A stretch of DNA of 64,000 nt from Octopus vulgaris (lineage: Eukaryota), in contig OX597815.1 of assembly GCA_951406725.2 (NCBI GenBank), positions 39,184,001 through 39,248,000 of the forward strand. The letters run 5' to 3'. This document shows positions 53,838 through 64,000 of the stretch, one piece after another (within the stretch, counting starts at the first letter, position 1; every line of letters starts with the position of its first letter). A program made the translations under genes and the position numbers. The notes beneath the pieces are model-generated. The model searched no databases and was not told the DNA's origin. It saw only the letters and a program-made list of their open reading frames with translations.

Positions 53838-55281
53838 TGTGAAGAATTCTGGGTAGGGGTCCACCAAAGATCAGTTCTCAGCCCCCTCTTATTCATCATA
53901 GACCTCCAGGCAATAACAGAGGAATTCAAGACAGAATGCCCCTGGGAGCTTCTCTATGCTGACAACCTTGCTCTAATAGCTGAGTAACTATCAAAACCAG
54001 AGGAGAAGTTTCAGGTGTGGAAGCAAGATCTAGAATCGATGGGCCTTAGAGTCTCAACCTAGCTAAAACCAAAGTCCTAATAAGTAGGAAGGCAGGCAAA
54101 CTACAAATCCCTTCAGGTAGATGGCCCTGCTTGATTTGTAGAAAAGACATAGGTAGAAACTCCATAAGATGTACCTGGTGTAAGCTATGGACACACAAGA
54201 AGTGCAGCAATATCAAAAGAAGGCTAACTAGGAAGATAGTTTTTGTGTGTGGCAAATGCTCAGGGTCAATAAGCACTGAAAATGTGCAGAAAACAGCTTC
54301 TATCACATGCCAGTGAGAAAAACTAGAAGCAGTTGATAGCTTTCGATACCTAAGTGACCAAGTCAGTAGCAGGGGTGGATGCTCTGAGAGTGTAGTTGCT
54401 AGAAGAATAGCCTGGGCAAAGTTCAGAGAGCTCTTACCTCTGCTGGTGACAAAGGGCCTCTCGCCCAGAATAAAAGGTAGACTGTATGACATGTGTGTGT
54501 GAACAGCCATGCTATATGGCAGTGAAACATAGGCCATGACTGCTGAGGAATGAAGCCAGCATGCCCCGCTGGATGTGTAATGTCTATGTGCATACATAAC
54601 AATGTAAACACCCTGAGAGAAAAGCTGGACATAAGAAACATCAGATGTGGTGTGCAAGAGAGACAATTGCACTGGTATGGTCATGGATGAAGACAGCTGT
54701 GTGAAAAAGTATCACACACTAGCAGTAGAGGGAACCTGTGGAAGAGGTAGATCCACAAAGACCTGGGATGAGGTGGTGAAGTACAACTTTCAAATGTTGG
54801 GCCTCACAGAGGCAATGACAAGTGACCAAGACATTTGGAAAGATGCTGTGCTTGAGACCATAACTGTGGCCTATGTCAGTGCAGTATAACCGGCCCATTT
54901 AAGAGTACCCTTGAATCACTGGGTTGCACTTGCAAAGACCTGTTGAGTCAAGTGAAGTCATTGTCATGGCTGATGACAGTACCACCTGATTGGCACCTGT
55001 GCTGGTGGCACTTAAAAAGCACCATTCAAGCATGGTTGATGCCAGTGCCAACTGACTGGTCCCATGCCAGTATCACGTAAAAAGCACCATTCATGTGTGG
55101 TCGATGCCAGTACCGCCTGACTGGCCTGCGTGCCAGTGGTACATAAAAAGCACCCACTACACTACACTCAGATCAGATTGCCGGATCAGACTGGAGACTG
55201 GTGCAGCCTTTTGGCATGCTAGGCCTCAGTCAAACTGTCCAACCCATGCCAGCATGGAAAGCAACGGTTGATGATGACGAC
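53838..55281 (+). mobile_element. 5'-truncated RTE-clade LINE
   Basis: VGVHQRSVLSPLLF, WELLYADNL, PHD-like Cys cluster, FRYLSD, EGTCGRGR, 3' tandem array and (GAT)n tail. Confidence 0.92.
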
Positions 55282-55299
55282 TGTAGGGCAGGTGTGAAA

Positions 55300-55492
55300 G
55301 GTTGGATATCCAGTCCAAATATTCTACCTGTTTTATGTTCAACCAACCAGATCTGGGCTCTCAAACCCAACTTAAAAGAAATAAACAAACAATATTGAAA
55401 TCTCAAAGCTATGAGATAATGCATGATTAATTCAAAATGTGAATAAATAAGTATTATACACGTCAGAGTAATCGGAATGCTAACAAGTTAAA
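55300..55492. mobile_element. Partial piggyBac MITE family A
   Basis: aaatattctacctgttttatgttc...gcatgattaattcaaaatg...gaatgctaa..gttaa matches 39861-40084. Confidence 0.7.
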
Positions 55493-57509
55493 CCATAAGC
55501 TGTTAATACTATCCCACCATTTTTTATCAATATACACCAACAGCTCATTATTTTCTTTATACAAGAGCTGAGCAAACAATGGAACTGGGTGATAAATTAA
55601 TAAATTCTATAAATCTTTACTGATACTTATTTAAATATCCAACTTTATACATTCACTGGAATCTCTAACAACAGAGAGGACTACATCTGTACACTGTACT
55701 GATGTTGCATCTCGCATAGCATCAATCACGAGCAAGTGGCTGCCTTACTCAGTAGCATTCAACAGTCTGTATTATCCCATCTGCTAGCAACCAACACCAG
55801 TTGACAGTTATCAACTCCACTACACGACGTAAACCAGCTAATGAGACTAAGCCTTACTCATCATCAAATAACCTGCCTTACCTAGAAGCTGTGAAAGCCT
55901 TTTTACTCAAAAGCAAACATCCAAAGACTGAAGAATGTTTTTCTCATTTCTGTGAAACTGGTTAATGCAATTCTGAATCTAACCGTTAACACAAACAACT
56001 GTGGCATGAAAAAAAGCACTCAATAACACACTGTAAAGTGGTTGGTGTTAGGAAAAACATCCAGCTGCAGAAAGCATGCCTACGCAGATAGAGCACAATG
56101 AAGTTTTTGGATCCATCAGACCTGTCAACCTATTCAACCCACACCAGTATGAACAGGGACATTAACTGATGATAATGGTGATGTGTGTGTGTATGTGTGT
56201 GAGTTACATGCCCACACTCAAGAGAAAGAGACAGATAGGGCAGGTGGTGTAGAATTAAATGTTAGGCAAAAGAGAGGGATTAAATATACCACACCCAATT
56301 GACAGAATCAATGACACAAAGCATCATTGAAGTAAACTTTTCATCTACAAATGCTGCCCATAGGATAAATACTGGTTACACTCACTATAAAATCAGATAT
56401 GTAAGAAAACTAAAACAAGATGCAACTTATACATCTCAAATTTAACATTGTCTATAAAACTGCTAGCAGTAACTTTTTAATGAACAAAGTTCCAGACAGT
56501 CACTATGACTCAACAGAGTATCATATTAGACACAGACTAGAAAGAAGCTTCATAGTTTAACATTAACATTCAGCATTTCAATAACAATAGAACCTATGGC
56601 ATTTTTAGACAGAAAAAACAAAATTAAATTGGTTTATGATTAATCCTTAATTTCATTATTTAGGTTAATCATCATAATTTCCATCATTACTTTCAATATC
56701 AGTCTATTTTTCTCTTGATGAGGCTGCCCAAATGTTTGAATTTTCCTCTTGATTGCTGACATCTTTTTCCAGTTGCCATACTTTTACAAATGATTTTCCA
56801 AGTACATACTAAATGTTTTTGTGCTCACTAAGCAATATTTTTTTCAGTTGCTTTCAGAAATCTTATACACTATCAATTTATGAAATTTACATACACATGT
56901 CTAAGTTCAAAGTTTGTATTTATCTTATTATTTTAAGTGTTTTGTATTGAATATCTAGACTGCACTACGTTTCACATCAGACAGAAAGAAAACAATTTTA
57001 CCCTTATATTTTGATCTGAGATTTTTCTTTTATAAGTTAAGCAGTTGCAATTCATACGAAATAAACTTGAGTCATCCATTTACATCAATTCACATGAGAT
57101 ATTCTATAAACGATTACTTCTAAATTTAGTCCAAATAACTTCAAAATCATCAATTTATGACATAACTATGTATTCATAAAAGAAGTTAACAGAAAGAGAT
57201 TTTTAAATTGTGTTATTAAATACTTTAATTTGTAGCTATCATATATCTAAGCTAAAATCACTAGACCAGCAAAGGTATCGGAGTGACAAAGAGAGTGCAG
57301 GGCAAAATAAATTGTGATCATTCAGTCGCTTTCTATTCCAAGTTGACATCACACCTGTGAAGCTAATAAGTACTGATACAAAATCATATGCAGTGTCTCC
57401 TCCATACTCACTAAAGCCTTGTTGACTTGTTCGGAAAGCTCAATTCTACTAGAAAACAGACACATTTTCTCATTTGAAAAAAGAAAAAAAAAACACTCTT
57501 AGTTGAGAC

Positions 57510-57855
57510 AGGAATAGTTGTGTAGTTAAGCTCACTTTGCAACCAAGCAGTTTTTGCACAGGTTAAGTCCCACAGTGCAGCACCTTGAGCAAGTGTCTTC
57601 TACTCAGGCCAACCAATGCCTTGAGTGAATTTGGTGGAAACCTATATGTTTTTATGTCTATGTATAGAGGGTCTTCGTACCCCATGCACCACTCAACAAC
57701 CAGTAATGGCTTGTTTACACCCTTGTAACTAACCAGTTCAGCAAAAGGGGCCAATAGAATGTCAGATTTAAAAAATAAGGTCGATTTATGTGACTGAACC
57801 CTTTTTGACAGTGACCCAGCATAACAGCAGTCCAATAGAAAATTGAAAAAGGATA
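57510..57855 (+). mobile_element. Degenerate SINE family 1
   Basis: ggttaagtcccacagtgcagcaccttgagcaagtgtcttctact...ccaatgccttgagtgaatttgg. Confidence 0.7.
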
Positions 57856-60671
57856 AAAATTAGAAATAATACATGAGCAAACTGCTCACTAATAATATTT
57901 CAAATAGCTAAATTGTACTGTGTCCAAGTCAAACAATTCTTGAAGGACAAATTATTGGATAAAAAAAAGAGAAAAGAAAAGGTGCAGCCTTTTCACAAAT
58001 AATCACAATTAAACTTCCATCTACACACAGATGTCAACAGCAAACAAACTAGCTATGTAGACATTTATGGCCAAATCAAAATATAAAAAGGACTACAAAG
58101 AGACAATTTAATTTAATTATTGTTAATAAAACTATCAAAATTTGAGATGAGATTGGTTATTTGCAAAGTTGGCAGAAACTTATAGAAACTAAAAACATTG
58201 CAAATTATTAAATAATAAAAAAATAAGTACACAATGCTCATTGAAAATACTTCATGCCATAGAATTTCTGAATGTATTTTAATTCTCAACATTATGAAGA
58301 ATAGAGGACAATGTTAAAAAGAATAAAGAAAAGAATCAACAAAATCTGTATATGAAAGAAGTGAAAATGATTAACAGCAGTTAAGCCCCATTTAGGTACC
58401 TCCAAAACTCAATTCCTCTAATGTCAAAAACATAATTGAGTAGTTTTGAGTAATCTCTAGTATTTGAGCTAAACCTGCCAAACTAACATCCATCAATGAG
58501 TCAATGATGAGCTTCTATGCCAACAGTCGACAAGTAGCCTAATTTTTCACTAGTCTTAAAAAGGAACTGACACATTAGATAATATAGTTCTGAATACAGT
58601 ATGTCTGCAGAAAGATGAAGTTAATCAGACATAATCATTCCATTTTTCAGAAGCAAGCACGGCAGTATAGTTAAGAAGTTCACTCTCCAGTGGTATCGGG
58701 TTGTCTCACAGCATGAAACCTTGGGTGTCACTTACAGCTTCAGACTGACCAAAGCTTTGTGAGTGAATTTGAAAGATGAAATATGAAAGCCCATATTTCA
58801 CTCCTGAGCTTCAAAGCAGTATAGCTGTAATTCCTGTGAACAAATCATAAAACTTATCTGGCACCTTTGGAGAAATGTGAAATAAGAGATCACTGACAAG
58901 AAAACCAACTAGGGGTTAGCAACAAGGGCATCTGGTAGTAAAACCATGTCACAATAATATATTTGATTCATGCAAGCATTGAAAACTGGATGTAAAATAA
59001 GTGTATTTAGGTCTATATTAAATGATCATACTTTGGCCATACATGACCTTGGGTTAAACAAATAACACTCATCAGTTCTACAAAGTTCCTACAACTAACA
59101 GTAAACAGTATCCTAACCAACTGAGTGGTTTATGTAGGGGGAAAAAAAACTGGCAGACAGAAGTTGCAATTTTATCAATAGCATCACAGTTTATAATTAC
59201 AACAATGTAACTCTTTCAGGAAAGAGCAAGTTACTGTAATTGTCAGATTTCTATAAAAGATATAGATAATTTGAAATTTGTTTTGTGTGCAGAGGAAGTA
59301 CATTTTTGCATAAAAGAACAGATAGAAATCTGGGAAAAGCCTTCTGAGATAGTTACATATTTTGAGAAATTTCGCACATATTTTATAAATATTCTCAGCC
59401 CCCAACAAGAATTTGAAAAAAAAAAAAAAAAAAAAAATCAACTCCATTACTAAACTATCCATAAAATGTTTAAATCATATTCCCTCTTACCCAGAAGCAA
59501 TCCTTTTATCCTATTTTCTCTCTCATACACTAAATTTTCTTATCCGACAGATCAGAAATATGTGTACATTAACACTTCATATATTTTCTATCTCATGAAA
59601 TGCTTTAAGGTAAGTTATTTTAAATATAATATAGAATTTACATCTTAATGCATGGGTAAGAGAGAGAAAGGAGACAAAGAGAAAGAGAACAGATAATTTC
59701 TTCAAAATACCACAAGAAATTTTTTTTTTCTGATAGGACTCGAGATAGAAAACATTTCTACTGTATGTCCAATAAGGTTTAGTTGTTTAATAATTCACTG
59801 AACTAAACCTTCATAACATGTAAACTAAAATGCTTACAATGTGGCTTTATAAAGCATGAGTAATTTCAGTTAAAGGGTATTTTAACTCAGTTACCTGCCA
59901 GCATGATTCCTAACATTCTTTGTATAATAAATTGAACATGTTGACTACAGCCAAAGTACAGGTGTAGCAACATTAATAACATTTGATCAAACTTAGTACA
60001 CTAACCAAAATAAAATGGTTACAAGAAAAAACTAAACAAACATTAAAAGTAAGATACTAAAAATTAAAAATAGCTTTCAGACACATAGGTAATCCAAAAA
60101 CATCTGTTCTTTTCTAGGCTTTAGGAATGAAAACTATAATGCATTATAATATTAAAATTAATATTTCACAAGTCTAAGTCCAAACTGAGTTAATTTTTTT
60201 ATTTTTTATTGCTCCAAGTTTCAGATATGTAACATCATATAAAAAGCATTTATCATTAACTATTTAAGGGAGGAGGAAGGGCTACAGCAGCAAAATGTCA
60301 TAAATACAGCCAAACAAAACTTTCCAGATGCTCAAGTGATTAGTCCAAAACCAAAGCAAGGCAGCCTTTTTAAGACAACTAAAAACAAGCCATTTCTAAA
60401 TAATTCTTCCTAATAATTAAAATACAGGCCATGAGGTTGAAGTGCTATTCCACTGACTCTACATAGGCATACAGTTATTATGTTGAGCTCCAAGATGAGA
60501 CACACAATTAGCATGTGTGGCTAATTGGAAAATTTCCTTTTACCCCTTGTGGCCAGATGGCTTTTATTAGATGGTCTGATAGCTAAGCAAACATTGCTCT
60601 GATATTATATAATTGCTCAAACTCTCAAAATATTTATGGTTCCAAACATAATTCAATGGTGTATATATCTA

Positions 60672-60900
60672 TTAACCTTTTTGTTACCAACCCAGCTGAA
60701 ACCAGCTCTGGCTCTGAGTATAAATATCTTGTTTTCATAAGTTTAGAATTAAAATCTTCCACCAAACCATAGTCACAATTTATGTTCCTAACACTAGCTG
60801 AATGATGACTAAGTTATTTTACTAAATTCTTTTGTTATATTTCAAGCAACTGAAAAAAATACAGAACATCTCAAAACAAATACAGTAATGAAAGGGTTAA
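60672..60900. mobile_element. piggyBac-type MITE family B (reverse orientation)
   Basis: TTAA-flanked; reverse-complement match to 27218-27446. Confidence 0.85.
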
Positions 60901-60930
60901 GGCAAGTTGACCATAGGATGAGATTCCCTT

Positions 60931-61161
60931 TTAATCATTTAGCAGTCAGAGTACTCCATCAAATGTAATGTTTATTCATTAACATAGTTTTCAATTAATT
61001 ATGCATTATCTCATAGCTTCAAGATTCCTATGATGTGAATGTTTATTTTTAGAATGATATTGCAGGGTAGGTGTACAAGGCCAAATCTGGTTGGTTTGAC
61101 CGTAAAACAGGCAGAATATTTGGTTTGGATGCAATTGGTTTAAATGCTAAATAAAGGGTTA
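60931..61161. mobile_element. piggyBac-type MITE family A (reverse orientation)
   Basis: ttaatcatttagcagtcaga...tttaaatgctaa..aagggtta; reverse match to 39861-40084. Confidence 0.75.
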
Positions 61162-61189
61162 TATGTCGTGTTAATTAGCCCATCTATTT

Positions 61190-61390
61190 TGGTGAGTTGG
61201 CAAAATCATTAAAGATTCAGAAAAAATCTGTTATTTGTTTAAAATTTATACATTGAAATTCTGTCAGTCAACTTTGCCTTTCATCCTTTTGGTGTAGATA
61301 AAATAAAGTACAGTCAATTACTAAAGTCAATAGTATCAACTAAGCCCTTCTCCTCAAAACTTGTCCTTGTGCCTAAATCAGAAACTATTT
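61190..61390 (+). mobile_element. Degenerate SINE family 2
   Basis: ggtgagttggcaaaatc...tcaactttgcctttcatccttttggtgtagataaaataaagtac. Confidence 0.65.
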
Positions 61391-64000
61391 TGCTTCTAAA
61401 TGGGGAAGAAACTATTTCATACTTAGTTACTTTAAAATCAACAGTTGAATTAATTAATACTCTGAAGTAATTAAGAAAGAAATAATTTTTCCATCACAAA
61501 AATAAGTAAAATGGATTGGCCTACCAAAATTTAGTTTACATTAGTATAGAAACATACACAAGTCTATATGCATGGATAGAATTCAGCTTATGCATATGAG
61601 TGTGCAAGCATGTATACACAAAAACACATTGATTTTTCCTGTCTTTTGACATTACCCTCCAACAGCTAATCTTACTATTCACGTTATTGCTTTCAGCTTA
61701 CTAGTTCTTTTAGAATTACAATCATAATTATAACCAACATCGATAATCTTCATTTAACTTATCAACATCTCTTTAGATATTCTTCCAATATTTTGTCAGC
61801 ATCTACATTTCATTTATTTTACATTAAAATTACAATTCATGAGAAAAAAACACTCCTTTGTCTTGCATTGCAGGCGAAGGACACATGCACAGCTCCCCAA
61901 ATGAATTCTCAGTGAGTATGTCAGAATGCAAACAGGTACGAATAAACCAATGACAATTAGATTACGTATTTCACAGAAAATGTGTTAATGAGAATAGCAA
62001 ACATCAATGAAGAATGCTGATAATTTACTGCTTCAAAATGGAAAAGATTTGCTGCATTAAACACACTCTCCAAACTCAAAGCTGTCATAACTACAATTCA
62101 AGGTACCAAAAAATGTTAACCAGTAGAACATAAAGGCAAAAGTGAGAAATGGACAATGACAAGATCTGTGGTGAAATACTGAACATAAATTATAATAATG
62201 ATTGGGAGATTTTGGAAGAATTCTTGTCAAATTTAACTAAATCACACCAATCATTTTCAAACCTTTTTACTGTAGCTAAATCAATAAACTGTCATTATTT
62301 AGCTCTTCAAGCTGAAATTTGAACTAATTATGGAACTTCAAATGTTTTTTTTTACTTTTTCATTTGCTAATAAAATGTGTGTATGTGTGTTATTAATATA
62401 ACTACTTATTTTTAATTCCCTGAAACATGTAAGCTATTTTTGGAGTCACCAAATTAGAAATTAGGTAAATCTATAAAACCTTAAAACCTCATATTTGCCA
62501 AAAGAGCAATATTCATTTATCAATAAGAATCAAGCTTTTCATCAGCAAGAACTGGGACTCAAGGAACTTTCACATTCTAATTTTGATTATTTCTTTGATT
62601 TTATTCCATACTTAAGGTAGTTTCTAAGATTTGAACTTAAAATACAAACAACATGACAAGCAGAATATTATAGATTGTATATCATAATGAACTGTAATTC
62701 GTATTTAGTCACACAAACTTAATTTACAGAGGTCATCTTTACTAATGCCAACAAAATATTAAAAAAAAAAACATTACACAACTAGCTGTTAAATTCCAAA
62801 TTATCAAATTAGTTCTTTATGTTAAGAATATTTCCATTAAAATTATACCAACCACCACAGTTACCTACCACACCAATTCATCTATTTCACTTTTTGAATT
62901 AGGTGCAGTAATCTAAGAAATTACTTCACTGTTTCTCCCCAGGGCTTCTTTAAACAAGTATTATAACAGGTGCATTTTATTTTGATTTTAAGTATTTTTC
63001 TTTATTTTTCTTTGTTACCTATCATATATTAACCATTCATATTACATGCCCATACAAGTTCAACCATTTCGACTGTAAGCATTAGTTAAAGACTAATTCT
63101 CAGCTGATCTTTCAACTTACTGCATTTAACCATTCATATAGACATTGCACAAGCTAACAAGGGAAGCTTTATGTGGCTGCTCAACCTCTTAAAAATAGCA
63201 GCCAAATATCCATCATCTTAATAATTTTTACCTTAGAGACAAGAGACTGCTTGGATAAAATAGGAGATATTCATAGCCAGAGTACTTTTTATAAATCTGC
63301 TCAAGCAAAGTAGAGCTGGGACCAAACAACAATTTTGCACATGTAAGATTAGATTCCTTTTCTCACAAGTTTCCATTATTTCAATCATACATTGTCCAAT
63401 TATAACACTTCATATATTTCATGCAGTTTGCACGAGGTGACCAGAAGTAACAACTCCCTTAAAAATGTCCACTCTCACAAGCTAATGAGGATACTTCAAA
63501 TCAGTCACTCAAAACATGTTAGAAATAGCAATAAACTCCCTCTCAAATCACATCCCAACTTGAAACTTAGAATAATGTAGTTTTAGGATTAAAAAAAAAA
63601 TGTCTTTCATCTAGAGAAAACTCTTAGCTGTTTAACTTGTCACAGGCAAAGTTGAAAATCAAAGCCATACAACTGAAGCATAATACATACAGTATGTATT
63701 TATCTTTCTTTTAGCTGTCTCACATAAAAATGTAGGATTTGACAATGACAAAACAACATGCCTACATTGTTGTTTGAATTTTAATACATCCCCAGAACTT
63801 CATAGAAAAAAAAAGATGCTTCTATTACACATAGACAAGCACCCATTGATTTTATTTCAGAAGTATCCTTACTACTTTTTCTTTGATACACCAAAAGTTT
63901 CAGTACTTTGATATATCATTACTTTTAGTGTACCCATTGGTAGTATTGGGCAACCATATTAAATTCCTAGCCATTTCTTTCATATTGAGCAAAGCAACTT

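Larger units (their letters stand above)
5726..64000 (-). other. Large intron upstream of the ankyrin exon (probably intron 1 of the PPP1R12-like gene)
   Basis: The expected preceding exon (RVxF motif ... DGLTALHQ) was not found by eye. The region is TE-filled and the minus strand is T-rich, as expected for the sense strand of an intron. Small alternative exons could have been missed. Confidence 0.6.

Overview
AT-rich eukaryotic DNA. The SINE and RTE-LINE families look like those of Octopus (coleoid cephalopod), recognised from memory rather than by a search. The only host coding sequence I can support is one 131-bp minus-strand exon (5595-5725) encoding ankyrin repeats of a myosin phosphatase targeting subunit (PPP1R12/MYPT1/Mbs). 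The remainder appears to be intron, including more than 58 kb upstream of that exon. It is filled with decayed transposons: GalEa-type copia, mariner, Tc1, Chapaev3, hAT-Charlie, piggyBac with matching MITEs, Helitron, RTE, CRE, CR1, I/Ingi, Penelope-like elements and tRNA-derived SINEs. Most ORFs in the supplied track are spurious or TE-derived. The most unusual observations are: (1) two adjacent perfect 22-23 bp hairpins with different stems but the same 14-nt loop (14241-14356); (2) a SINE flanked by a ~146-bp direct duplication; (3) an isolated 28S rRNA fragment ending near the protostome hidden-break region; (4) a PHD-like finger inside the RT region of the RTE LINE; (5) hairpin-bearing tandem arrays in RTE 3' ends. 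I found no convincing novel multi-gene system.
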